From a virus, in the IMG/VR virus record IMGVR_UViG_3300024581_000835, positions 3,622 to 67,621 of that record: a DNA stretch of 64,000 nt; one strand, given 5' to 3'. Below are positions 20,080-28,733 of the stretch, piece after piece. Position numbers and translations under genes: made by a program. How positions within the stretch are numbered: position 1 is the stretch's first letter; the number at the start of each line of letters is the position of its first letter. The notes under the pieces were generated by a model. That model ran no database searches. It had not been told where the DNA came from and was given only the letters and a program-made list of their open reading frames with translations.

Positions 20080-20407
20080 ACAAAGAATCTAGTACAGCAT
20101 GACTAACAGAAGTTAATTCTTGTTTTACTGCATCTAGATCCACTACAACTTCAATGAGAGCGATGTCCCCTTTGAGTCCTAGCTTCTTCATTTGTTCTTC
20201 GATTCGAGTGTAGTCAATACCTTGATCAAGGTATTGTGAATCTACTTTGTATCTGCTTTCATCAACTAAGGTAATAAAAACGCTATCCAACAGCTCTGCA
20301 GGAACAGAGCTTGGTTGGATTTCTTTGATGAGATCGTGTGTTTCTTTATGATCTGCTTTTTTACCTTTGCCTAATATAACAACTTCTGGACCTTTACTAG
20401 TAGGCAC
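20066..20407 (-). CDS. Hypothetical protein
   Basis: ORF with SD (GGAGA). Confidence 0.7.
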   Translation of the reverse strand: MPTSKGPEVVILGKGKKADHKETHDLIKEIQPSSVPAELLDSVFITLVDESRYKVDSQYLDQGIDYTRIEEQMKKLGLKGDIALIEVVVDLDAVKQELTSVSHAVLDSLFDED

Positions 20408-20448
20408 ACCATCTCCCTCTTTATTTGTTTTATTACTAGTATTTATTA

Positions 20449-21033
20449 CTAGTTGGCAGTTTTAGGAGGTCTACCAGGACCACGCTTAGGCTTGAGACTT
20501 GGATCTAACTCATAAGCCTGTGCTCGCTTTGCTTCTGCTTCGGCAATCATTGCTTTAGCATCTGCTTCCATGAGATCGGCTTGTAAAATTAAACCTTCTG
20601 CACCACTTACGTCAGTTTGAACTGCACGAGCTTGCCCTTCGGCTAAATGTGCTGGATCAGTCTTGGGTGGAACAGGATCGTTTTCCAGTTTTCTCAGCTC
20701 AGCGTTTACGTCCGCAAGAGGGATAACATCTGTTGCTGTGGGTGTTAGGCTGACTAAACCAACAGGCACTTTGGTAATTTTCTTATTGAAGTGCAAGTAG
20801 TTCAGCATGTTCTCACCATTGGTGAACTGACGTCTGTTTAATACATTACTGACATCACCTGTGCCCTGTGCTTCTAGGCTACCGATAACTTCCATAAAGT
20901 CGTTGTGCTCGAGCTCAGGTAAACTGTCACTGAGAACAATCAAGCAATTTTCTGGTTCGTCTGGTACTTCTCGAAATACAACAATGCATTTCTTATCGCC
21001 ATACTTACCAACGTGTTTCATGATTCCAGCCAT
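20449..21033 (-). CDS. Hypothetical protein with C-terminal AT-hook-like motif
   Basis: Ends PKRGPGRPPKTAN; SD GAGGAG. Confidence 0.7.
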   Translation of the reverse strand: MAGIMKHVGKYGDKKCIVVFREVPDEPENCLIVLSDSLPELEHNDFMEVIGSLEAQGTGDVSNVLNRRQFTNGENMLNYLHFNKKITKVPVGLVSLTPTATDVIPLADVNAELRKLENDPVPPKTDPAHLAEGQARAVQTDVSGAEGLILQADLMEADAKAMIAEAEAKRAQAYELDPSLKPKRGPGRPPKTAN

Positions 21034-21036
21034 AAC

Positions 21037-21312
21037 TTACTCCTCAGGTGAGGCTTCTTCGTCACCTTCTTCTGCTTCTGCCGCGGCTGCCTGCTGTTCA
21101 GCAACGTACGATAAGAACGCATTTAATTTGTCAAAAATACCGCCAACCTGTGTGAGCTCTGCGCCGCCAAATGCGCCACGCTTGCTTGCTAGGTCAACAA
21201 TCTGTAAAAGTAACTGTAGGTCGTTGAGACTGATGCTCTCAGGTACTGCTTGCTCAGCTGGTGCTTCGCTTGCCGCTACTGCTTCTTCTGCTACTGCTTC
21301 TTGTTTAGCCAT
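21037..21312 (-). CDS. Small acidic hypothetical protein
   Basis: SD AGGAG; conserved-looking core LLQIVDLASKRGAF. Confidence 0.7.
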   Translation of the reverse strand: MAKQEAVAEEAVAASEAPAEQAVPESISLNDLQLLLQIVDLASKRGAFGGAELTQVGGIFDKLNAFLSYVAEQQAAAAEAEEGDEEASPEE

Positions 21313-21391
21313 TATATTTTACTCCTTAGGAAATGGTTAATTCTAATAGTATTTAATGAATACTGGTTTGGGTGATGAATTTTTTTGGTAA

Positions 21392-21682
21392 TTATTTGAT
21401 CATCTGTTGGATCATGCTTGCTACATATTGATGCTCTGAGGCTTGCTCAAAATAGTAAACCACATATCGACTGGTAGGACCAGTGCGCTTGTACCACAAT
21501 GCTTTTGTATTCAATTCGATAAAATCTTCAACAGCGTTAACAGTTGCGTTTGGTGTACTTACATCAAAGTAAACAACCAATCTATTTTTCATCATCTTTG
21601 CTAACAGATCTGTGCCCTGTAGCATTTCAAAATCATACAAATCCAGTTTGTTACTGACTCCTAGTTGAACAAAGTTACCCAT
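21392..21682 (-). CDS. Hypothetical protein
   Basis: ORF translationally coupled (TAATG) to the upstream small ORF. Confidence 0.6.
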   Translation of the reverse strand: MGNFVQLGVSNKLDLYDFEMLQGTDLLAKMMKNRLVVYFDVSTPNATVNAVEDFIELNTKALWYKRTGPTSRYVVYYFEQASEHQYVASMIQQMIK

Positions 21683-21819
21683 TAGTGCAATCTCCCTAAT
21701 ACATAACCTGCATAGAAAATAACTATATCAAAAACAAAATGCATCAAAAAAGATAAGGCAAAGATTTCTTTCCAATGCACTTTACAGATGTTCATCCAAT
21801 CTGCTAACTTCTCAAACAT
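21682..21819 (-). CDS. Small membrane protein (45 aa, MFEKLADWMNICKVHWKEIF...)
   Basis: Not in the ORF track. TAATG coupling at both ends; one hydrophobic helix. Confidence 0.6.
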   Translation of the reverse strand: MFEKLADWMNICKVHWKEIFALSFLMHFVFDIVIFYAGYVLGRLH

Positions 21820-23090
21820 TATAATTTCTCTCCTATGTCGAATCCTCTAAAGGTTTTGAACCTCGGAAACCTCAGACTGTATGCATGATGATCTTGACTG
21901 ATGGTTACAGCATCGGCTCTGATTTCTACAAGTTGCCCAATCACTGAGTCTTTGTTCGCCCAAATCTGTTCTCGATCAGAATCAGTTAGACCTGAACCTA
22001 CATTGAGGTGAAAGAACTTGCCATCATCTTCTCCCTCAACAACAAGAGCACCTAATAAACCTTCGTTCTTTCCTGTGCCTTCTTCTACTGCTACAACAGT
22101 GAGAGTTACTTCTATGAATGGTTTGATCTTTAACCAAGCATGCGAACGCTTGCAATGATACAGTGCGTTAGTAGGCTTGATCATGAGGCCCTCATAGCCT
22201 TCTTCTAGTGCACGTTTGTTCATGTCTGCAAACTGTGTGCGGCCTTCTTCTGTGTCTAAATTAACACGAGTTGCATCCACTACACGGATACAATCATCAA
22301 ACAACATTGGGAATGCCTCAAGTCTGTGTCTACGAACTGCGGCAGTTTCTTTGCTAACCCCGTCTGTAAACTCAGCGTAAGGTAATATATCAAACACTGC
22401 TAGATATGCATCTTGGGTTTGTGCTCCTTCCTTTCTGTGCACTTGCTTCATAAGTGCTTGAAAGTTCTCACTCATCACCTCGCCATCAAAAACAATACCG
22501 TTGAACTCGGGTTTGCTGAGTGCGGCTTCGATATGTGGGAAGTTACTGAGAAGTTTTCCGTTCCTACTATAAAGAGTAGCACTGCCATTTTGCACAATAG
22601 CAATAACACGCACACCGTCATACTTGTATTCAATGAAGCAATCTCCTGCAATTTTCTTTTCATGTTTTGCGCCATCGTGTGCTAACATGCAACCAAACAC
22701 AGGCACAGTGCCTGGTGCTACTTTGTTCACAGTCTTTTCTGAAACACCACAACGTAAATCCTTAATAAGGATTCGGCGATACCAATCATTCCATTCTTCT
22801 TGTGTGGCTTTAGCCATTGCTACTAGGATAGCATCACGAGCCGCATGCCCTGTGAGCACACGCTCTTCCAGATCCAATGCCAGTTGCTCAAAGTCGTCCC
22901 AATTGAGTCCTTCTCCAGTGGGGTCTTTCTTGACAGGAACGTCCTTTACACCAAACGTCACCAACGGGTCTAATGCTTTCATTAGCCCGTGCCTAAACTT
23001 GCTGTCGCCAATAAAATTGCTAACAACTTCTTCTTTGAACAAGCGACTGTTATCGCTTTCTAATTTCTGTATGATATTCCAAGGTTGCAT
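21819..23090 (-). CDS. lig: ATP-dependent DNA ligase
   Basis: EYKYDGVR (motif I), FDGEV, EGLMIK, WLKIK and SLRFPRF. Confidence 0.95.
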   Translation of the reverse strand: MQPWNIIQKLESDNSRLFKEEVVSNFIGDSKFRHGLMKALDPLVTFGVKDVPVKKDPTGEGLNWDDFEQLALDLEERVLTGHAARDAILVAMAKATQEEWNDWYRRILIKDLRCGVSEKTVNKVAPGTVPVFGCMLAHDGAKHEKKIAGDCFIEYKYDGVRVIAIVQNGSATLYSRNGKLLSNFPHIEAALSKPEFNGIVFDGEVMSENFQALMKQVHRKEGAQTQDAYLAVFDILPYAEFTDGVSKETAAVRRHRLEAFPMLFDDCIRVVDATRVNLDTEEGRTQFADMNKRALEEGYEGLMIKPTNALYHCKRSHAWLKIKPFIEVTLTVVAVEEGTGKNEGLLGALVVEGEDDGKFFHLNVGSGLTDSDREQIWANKDSVIGQLVEIRADAVTISQDHHAYSLRFPRFKTFRGFDIGEKL

Positions 23091-23106
23091 TAGTTTTATA
23101 TACACC

Positions 23107-23322
23107 TCACTTACCGCTTAAAGCCATCTGCGCTTTAGCGTCCTCAATGTCACGAGCATCAATCAGCTCAACTCTACCAACTGGCACAACCTCTGTTAAG
23201 TGGTCTTTGCCCTCTACATATTCGGTCCTACCCAAGAAACATTCGCTAGCAATCTTTTCCAACATGCTTACAGGCACAACTAACTTGCCGTAGCCCTCAA
23301 TGATTGCATACTTCTTACTCAT
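23107..23322 (-). CDS. Hypothetical protein
   Basis: Coupled to the VWA gene by TAATG. Confidence 0.6.
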   Translation of the reverse strand: MSKKYAIIEGYGKLVVPVSMLEKIASECFLGRTEYVEGKDHLTEVVPVGRVELIDARDIEDAKAQMALSGK

Positions 23323-24638
23323 TACGCATTCTCCCTCTCGTAAGGAACAGTGATACCAAACGGTGCTACAGGAGGCTCTCCATAACCGCCACCGTGTACA
23401 ATAAACAGTGTGTCACAGTAAGACTCGTCGCCCCAACTATCCCAAGGATAACCGTCTGTGAACATGATAAACTTCTTGGGCAAAATGCCTTCTTCTTTCA
23501 TAAAGTTGAAACAGCAATCGAAGTCTGTGCCGCCACCGCCGCCCAACTCATAGTCCATAAACTCTTCCATGTTGTTCTCTGTGAACACCTCTGGGTTATG
23601 CACACTGGTGTCAAAGCAGAACAAATGAATCTTGTAGTTGGTGTATTGATCCATGATACCTTTAACTTCACTGAGGAAGTCACGTGCCATTTCGTCCATG
23701 ATAGAACCACTCATGTCCAGTGCAACCACGATGTCAATAGTCTCATCATAGTCCATACCAGGCAAGTAAAAGCCTGCATCTAAACCTTTGCGGCTCGGAT
23801 TCATCATTGTGTAATCACTCTTGATCACTGATTGAATCTGCATTGCAATAAGTTCACGCCAGTTCAGTTGAGGGTTCAACAAGTCCTTGAGCAGTTTGCG
23901 TACACCGCCAGGCAAGTTACCAGCACCACCGGTTGCCTTGGCGCTGTTCATCACAGCATTCTTCATTTCGTCTGTGATCTGTTGCTTCTCTTCGTCGCTA
24001 TACTTGATAGGACCGTTAGTACCATCGTTGTCACCTTCGCCGGGTGCATCTTTAGGCTCGCCGCCTTCACCTTCACCATCACCGTCTAAGTGTACATCGA
24101 GAGTCTCCACGTACTGTACACGACCTTCTTCTTCTGCTTCTTTGAACAGCTCGTCGTAAACTTCTAACCAGCTCTTGCCACGATACTTCCAATCGTGACA
24201 AATCTGTACCAAGTTAATCAACTCACCGATGTTGGCTTCAACTAGGTCACCGTTAATAACATAGTCTTGAGCAATGTTAGCAAGACGCCTATCGCGTTTA
24301 CCCATCATCTCGGGATTCATGTGATCATATACTGCGTGGAGCACTTCGTGTCCAACAAGGAACGTTACCTGCTCCTCGGACTTTGCATGCAATGCGGCAA
24401 CGAAGTTTTTGTTGTAGTAAAAGTTTCTGCCGTCTGTTGCGGCAGTAGGACACCACTTGGTAGCGTCAATAAACTTGAGTCGGGTAGCAATGTTACCAAA
24501 GAAGGGCTGGTTGATCAGCAATTTAACTTTGGCGCGAATAAGGAGGTCTTGTACAGCCTCGCCGCTTAATGTAGTTTCGGGAATAGTAACACCGTCTGCT
24601 GACGTGCTACGCTTGCTTACATCGGTTGCTGTTGACAT
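23322..24638 (-). CDS. Metallopeptidase-VWA protein (DUF2201-like)
   Basis: TAATDG and HEVLH zincin motif; C-terminal VWA domain with DMSGS, GGGTDF and FTDG (MIDAS). Confidence 0.85.
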   Translation of the reverse strand: MSTATDVSKRSTSADGVTIPETTLSGEAVQDLLIRAKVKLLINQPFFGNIATRLKFIDATKWCPTAATDGRNFYYNKNFVAALHAKSEEQVTFLVGHEVLHAVYDHMNPEMMGKRDRRLANIAQDYVINGDLVEANIGELINLVQICHDWKYRGKSWLEVYDELFKEAEEEGRVQYVETLDVHLDGDGEGEGGEPKDAPGEGDNDGTNGPIKYSDEEKQQITDEMKNAVMNSAKATGGAGNLPGGVRKLLKDLLNPQLNWRELIAMQIQSVIKSDYTMMNPSRKGLDAGFYLPGMDYDETIDIVVALDMSGSIMDEMARDFLSEVKGIMDQYTNYKIHLFCFDTSVHNPEVFTENNMEEFMDYELGGGGGTDFDCCFNFMKEEGILPKKFIMFTDGYPWDSWGDESYCDTLFIVHGGGYGEPPVAPFGITVPYERENA

Positions 24639-24647
24639 ACTTACTCT

Positions 24648-24693
24648 CCTAACTTATATAACTATTATAGCAAATTCTGGTGTATTGTCAACC
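24648..24693 (-). promoter_or_regulatory. Sigma70-like early promoter
   Basis: GGTTGACA-16 nt-TATAAT with TGn extended -10, followed by the AGTTAGG leader. Confidence 0.85.
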
Positions 24694-24707
24694 GTTTTGA
24701 ACTGCTG

Positions 24708-24720
24708 TAAGTCATTGATT
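24708..24720 (-). promoter_or_regulatory. IHF consensus site
   Basis: AATCAATGACTTA matches WATCAANNNNTTR, just upstream of the -35 box. Confidence 0.6.
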
Positions 24721-24730
24721 TGTATAAGGT

Positions 24731-24794
24731 GACCCCCCTTGCGGGGGGTCTAACACTGGGCATCTTAGTTAGGTAGGAGGAGTAGGCGCCCAGT
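24731..24794 (-). ncRNA. Candidate two-hairpin small RNA in the 3' UTR of the AAA ATPase gene
   Basis: Stem ACTGGGC/GCCCAGT with a C-rich loop CCTACTCCTCCTACCTAACTAAGA, then GACCCCCC-GCAA-GGGGGGTC (GNRA loop on the minus strand). Confidence 0.45.
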
Positions 24795-24802
24795 GAAACT
24801 GA

Positions 24803-25897
24803 TTAAGCGATATACTTAGTGTATCGCTCGCTGAATACTTTGTACACGTCTTTGTCAAGATCGGTACGGATATTCAACTTGATCTTGTAGTCCTTCATGA
24901 TAGTCTTGAACATCAGCACTACCATTTCGGGGTCGAAGTTGTCGTATGCAAATCGAGCCGCATTGTTGAAAAACTTCTTGAAATCGCCTTTGCTGTTTTC
25001 GTTCACTTCGTTGAGCTCGTAAGTGAGACCTACTACCAGGCTATACTTGGCCGAAATCTCATTACCAAGCGAAGGATCAAGTTTCTTCACATTGCCCTCT
25101 AGAACTTCTGCAGGGTTAGGCAAGCGTCCAGCAATCCTACGATGTTCAATGAACTTGCCGCTCATACCTTCGCCAACTGCACCTGCAATCTCCGCCTTCT
25201 GTTCAGAGATATCTGCATCCTCGAAGCCTTCGGTGTACAGCATGTTGCTCACACCGCTAACCCACGAACGAGGAGTAGCAAATGCCTGTGAACTGCTCTT
25301 AGGATCAAAGTCAAACAGATCCTGCTTGGCGTATGAAAGATAACCAATAACGTCAGGATGGACATCGTTGTTCATTGCCCAACTAAGCCAATCACCAAAG
25401 TCAACGGTCATGTTAACATGACGGAAACGGTTAGCAAGCGGAGCAGGCATACGGTAAGTAACACCGCGGTCAGTCTCACGGTTACCAGCCGCAATGATCA
25501 CAACATTGTCTGGCAAGTGATATTGACCTACACGCCTGTTCAGCACCAACTGATAGGCAGCCGCCTGTACACTGGGAGGTGCACTGTTGAGCTCGTCTAA
25601 GAACAACACAATAGTGTCGTACTGATCAGCCATCTCTTGAGTAGGCAAGTCTGCTGGAGGTGCCCACTCCATGGTGTTTGTTTCGGGGTTGCGGAAAGGA
25701 TAACCACGCAAGTCGGTGGGCTCAAGTAGAGCCAATCGCATATCAATCATGATAGCGTTATCTAACGACTCGGTAATCTGCTGAACGATATCGGACTTAC
25801 CAATACCGGGTGCACCCCACAAGAAAATGGGTTTCTTAGCCTTTACACTACGACCAAGAATGTTTACTGCGTTGCTGGGTTTAACTGAAAGTTCCAT
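24803..25897 (-). CDS. MoxR-like AAA+ ATPase
   Basis: Walker A GAPGIGKS, Walker B LFLDELN, AAGNRETD, NRF and TPRSW. Confidence 0.9.
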   Translation of the reverse strand: MELSVKPSNAVNILGRSVKAKKPIFLWGAPGIGKSDIVQQITESLDNAIMIDMRLALLEPTDLRGYPFRNPETNTMEWAPPADLPTQEMADQYDTIVLFLDELNSAPPSVQAAAYQLVLNRRVGQYHLPDNVVIIAAGNRETDRGVTYRMPAPLANRFRHVNMTVDFGDWLSWAMNNDVHPDVIGYLSYAKQDLFDFDPKSSSQAFATPRSWVSGVSNMLYTEGFEDADISEQKAEIAGAVGEGMSGKFIEHRRIAGRLPNPAEVLEGNVKKLDPSLGNEISAKYSLVVGLTYELNEVNENSKGDFKKFFNNAARFAYDNFDPEMVVLMFKTIMKDYKIKLNIRTDLDKDVYKVFSERYTKYIA

Positions 25898-25917
25898 GTA
25901 TTTCTCCTACCAAATAT

Positions 25918-25962
25918 CTAACTAACAATACTATAATAGCATCAATTGACACAAAGTCAACC
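25918..25962 (-). promoter_or_regulatory. Sigma70-like early promoter
   Basis: GGTTGACT-16 nt-TATTAT (TGC extended -10), with AGTTAG leader. Confidence 0.75.
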
Positions 25963-26136
25963 GTTTTTGATGCTATCTCTGAAAAAAACTTTGAATTGAG
26001 CAAGTGCATCATCACGATCTAACAGCTCTTCTCCCCACTGCTCACGCTCATCGTTACACTGATAGAACCACTCATTGAAGTTCTGATCAAAGGTGAGATC
26101 AACGTCATACACAAACTGTTTGGTTTCCATGATCAT
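25957..26136 (-). CDS. Small acidic hypothetical protein (59 aa, MIMETKQFVYD...)
   Basis: Not in the ORF track. SD AGGAG; ATGA overlap with the upstream ORF. Confidence 0.6.
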   Translation of the reverse strand: MIMETKQFVYDVDLTFDQNFNEWFYQCNDEREQWGEELLDRDDALAQFKVFFRDSIKNG

Positions 26137-26291
26137 AGCTCTTCTCCTTTCTTTTTTAATTCTTGTTGAAGTTTGTAATGCTCTGCCATTTTGCGATCAA
26201 CTGAATCAAGTATACGTTTGGTACGCCACAAAATGAAACGCATTTCTAATTTATGATAGGCAGACTTGATTCGGTTGAACAATGACATCAT
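26133..26291 (-). CDS. Small basic hypothetical protein (52 aa, MMSLFNRIKS...)
   Basis: Not in the ORF track. Start abuts the upstream stop. Confidence 0.55.
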   Translation of the reverse strand: MMSLFNRIKSAYHKLEMRFILWRTKRILDSVDRKMAEHYKLQQELKKKGEEL

Positions 26292-26506
26292 CACGCGGCC
26301 TCCATCACCCGGGTCACACTGTTGTGATTAATAATGACCACATCGCCTGCTGGGCGATAGATGGGACCGTCTTTGATGCTGTTAAACAGCTCAACGTGAT
26401 GGTTGATGCCACCGCCATACTTGACACGGCTCAAAATGACTTTGCCTGCTACCGGAATGTCTAGGTAACTTGCTTCTACTGCCAAACCTTCTAAATTCCA
26501 ACTCAT
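26291..26506 (-). CDS. Hypothetical early protein
   Basis: SD GGAGG; coupled ORF. Confidence 0.65.
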   Translation of the reverse strand: MSWNLEGLAVEASYLDIPVAGKVILSRVKYGGGINHHVELFNSIKDGPIYRPAGDVVIINHNSVTRVMEAA

Positions 26507-26991
26507 TACGCCGCCTCCAACTGATCAGCTAACTGTTCGGCAGTACACCACCCTTTGGCAGTCTTGTACTGACATTTATAATCTGAACGGTCACCCTCTT
26601 CCAGCGGAATCCACTGCTCGCTTTTGGCAAGGATTTCACGACGCATATAACCAAACTCGTCATTGTTGGTGACACGCAAACAAGTCCAGCGGTCCATCGT
26701 CCACTGGAACTCAATTACAGAATCCCAATCGTCACACTCTTTAGCAGAGTCCTCAACGATCTCCCAGCCCAAGATGTACTCCTCAAAGGCTTCGCTTTTG
26801 CTCTCAATGAGCTTGGTGAGAGTGGGAATGCCTTGATCGGCAATCTTGTTGATGTGAGCAGAGCTCAAGTCACGCACCACGTAGGTGTTGCCACCCTTGA
26901 ACTTCCAGTACTGAGGGCACTGGCCCTTGCCGTCCCAATCATGGGCGCCATAGTTCTCACGGTGTTGCGTTTGGATAACTAATTTTGACAT
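26506..26991 (-). CDS. Hypothetical early protein
   Basis: First gene after an early promoter; SD AGGAG. Confidence 0.75.
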   Translation of the reverse strand: MSKLVIQTQHRENYGAHDWDGKGQCPQYWKFKGGNTYVVRDLSSAHINKIADQGIPTLTKLIESKSEAFEEYILGWEIVEDSAKECDDWDSVIEFQWTMDRWTCLRVTNNDEFGYMRREILAKSEQWIPLEEGDRSDYKCQYKTAKGWCTAEQLADQLEAA

Positions 26992-27008
26992 GCTTTCTAC
27001 TCCTGATT

Positions 27009-27054
27009 CCTAACTAACAATACTAGTATAGCAAAAGGAGCAGAAAAGTCAACC
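27009..27054 (-). promoter_or_regulatory. Sigma70-like early promoter (near-identical to 56532..56577)
   Basis: GGTTGACT-16 nt-TATACT, then TTAGTTAGG leader. Confidence 0.85.
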
Positions 27055-27057
27055 ATA

Positions 27058-27117
27058 TAAGTGCTTGATTTTGTTAGATTTTTTAAAAAAATTTTCTCTA
27101 ATAAAATCAATGACTTA
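27058..27117. promoter_or_regulatory. Pair of inverted IHF consensus sites
   Basis: AATCAAGCACTTA (- strand, 27058-27070) and AATCAATGACTTA (+ strand, 27105-27117). Confidence 0.6.
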
Positions 27118-27717
27118 CAGCACCCCTGGATCTGTGTGGTTATTTGCTTCAAATGCCCACGCTCTTTCCCTGCACCACCAGCACACTCCGCATCTAACAT
27201 CGGCAGTTTCTGTGCAACTGTGACTCAACTCCATCACAAAATCCAGGCCTTGCTCAATGGCTAATCCTACTGTGAAGTCTTTGGTGAGATCGAAAAAAGG
27301 TTGGCATGCTTTTTCACTGTCCACACGCAAACGCTCAAAATGGTTTGATTGCATGTGATCTGGCTGTGCTGTTTCAGCAGTAAACACCACATCATTTTCC
27401 ATCATGGCAACCTGCATGCCAGTCCACACTTGCTGGCTGTGATGTGCGTTACCATCTCCACGCATTTTGTGTTTGAGCTTGATGCCTAGGTTGGACTGAA
27501 TGGCTTTGCTCATGTTGTCAGCATGCGTGATGCTGTTATCAGGTCTTGGAGATGTATAAAGTGTGATTATGTTGTCTAGGTCATGGTCCTGCACTATTTT
27601 GCACAAACACCAAGTAAGTGTGCCACTGTCTAACCCACCGCTTAACATGATACCAACACGCTTGTTGTTTTCCAACACTGGCATCAACATGTCTTTGGTT
27701 TGTTCAAACAGTTTCAT
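27115..27717 (-). CDS. QueC-like adenine-nucleotide alpha hydrolase (PP-loop, Zn-binding Cys cluster)
   Basis: GIMLSGGLDS PP-loop and SHSCTE..RCGVCWWCRERAWAF. Confidence 0.7.
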   Translation of the reverse strand: MKLFEQTKDMLMPVLENNKRVGIMLSGGLDSGTLTWCLCKIVQDHDLDNIITLYTSPRPDNSITHADNMSKAIQSNLGIKLKHKMRGDGNAHHSQQVWTGMQVAMMENDVVFTAETAQPDHMQSNHFERLRVDSEKACQPFFDLTKDFTVGLAIEQGLDFVMELSHSCTETADVRCGVCWWCRERAWAFEANNHTDPGVL

Positions 27718-27733
27718 AACACCCTCATAAAAT

Positions 27734-27809
27734 TGGTACTCCCAAGGGGGTTCGAACCCCTGTTCCCGCCGTGAAAGGGCGGTGTCCTAGACCACTAGAC
27801 GATGGGAGC
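27734..27809 (-). tRNA. trnE: tRNA-Glu(TTC)
   Basis: Cloverleaf, anticodon TTC, GGTTCGAA T-loop, encoded CCA. Confidence 0.97.
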
Positions 27810-27812
27810 AAA

Positions 27813-27889
27813 TGGCGGAATGGACGAGACTCGAACTCGCGACCCCCTGCGTGACAGGCAGGTATTCTAACCAACTGAACTACCACTCC
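27813..27889 (-). tRNA. trnD: tRNA-Asp(GTC)
   Basis: Cloverleaf, anticodon GTC, encoded CCA. Confidence 0.97.
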
Positions 27890-27972
27890 GCATACAAACA
27901 GTCCACTCTGGGAATTTACAAGGACTACGCCTAACCCAATTTACGAAAGACCACTCAAGTTTGTATTAAGTA

Positions 27973-28000
27973 ATTATACATGTAGTATAATTTTTGTCAA
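27973..28000 (-). promoter_or_regulatory. Sigma70 consensus promoter for tRNA-Asp/Glu
   Basis: TTGACA-16 nt-TATAAT. Confidence 0.8.
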
Positions 28001-28001
28001 C

Positions 28002-28025
28002 AAAAAAGGGCGTAGACGCCCTTTT
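28002..28025 (-). terminator. Rho-independent terminator (probably bidirectional)
   Basis: AAAAGGGCG-loop-CGCCCTTTT with T tracts on both strands. Confidence 0.8.
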
Positions 28026-28044
28026 CTGCATCACGTGATTGTGA

Positions 28045-28311
28045 TTAGACTTCGCCGTTAGCGAGAGCGCGATAACCAGCCGCTACAACACGACGTGAAG
28101 GAGTTCCGAGACGATAAAAAGTCTTGGTACGACCTTTGGTGTCGGTGTGCTGGTTAGCATAGATTGCAAAGCCCTTCATACGAAGTGCTGATACAGTTGA
28201 ACGAGCGTTGCCTACGTTGAAGCGTGACTCGATTTGTGCCGCAGTAAGACCACGGTCATTTGATTGAAGAGCCGCAAGTACTTTTGACTCTTTGGTTACA
28301 GTGTTAGTCAT
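28045..28311 (-). CDS. Small winged-helix-like DNA-binding protein
   Basis: LTAAQIESRFNVGNARSTVSALRMKG HTH-like segment and YRLG wing. Confidence 0.6.
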   Translation of the reverse strand: MTNTVTKESKVLAALQSNDRGLTAAQIESRFNVGNARSTVSALRMKGFAIYANQHTDTKGRTKTFYRLGTPSRRVVAAGYRALANGEV

Positions 28312-28370
28312 TTAAGACCTCCTAATTTACCTTAGTTATCAGCCGTGCGTTATTGCACAACTTGTATACA

Positions 28371-28400
28371 ATTATACATGAAACTGCGGATTGGTCAACC
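28371..28400 (-). promoter_or_regulatory. Sigma70-like promoter
   Basis: GGTTGACC-16 nt-TATAAT. Confidence 0.75.
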
Positions 28401-28733
28401 TTTTTTGAGGTTATTTTTGTAAATTTCTAACATTTTGTAGAGATCTTGCAGTTTTTTAGTGGCATACTCTGCAATCTCAGGTGTTTCCTCTGCTAATATC
28501 TGAATGTCAAAACTGGCATCATGTAGGTCGTTTAGACGCTTATCATTCATTGATTCCTCAAACGATTTCATATCCGGCAAGCCCAATGCAACCAACTCGT
28601 CCTCTGAAATAACAAAATGAGGCCCATCATCGATTGATACAGTGATATGATCAATAATTGCTTTGGCAATTAGTTCAGCACTCTTTGGTTTTTTATCTGG
28701 TTCTTTGCGTTTAAAGTCAATTACATCGCCCAT
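28395..28733 (-). CDS. Hypothetical protein
   Basis: Start MGDVIDF, coupled by TAATG to the HNH gene. Confidence 0.65.
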   Translation of the reverse strand: MGDVIDFKRKEPDKKPKSAELIAKAIIDHITVSIDDGPHFVISEDELVALGLPDMKSFEESMNDKRLNDLHDASFDIQILAEETPEIAEYATKKLQDLYKMLEIYKNNLKKG

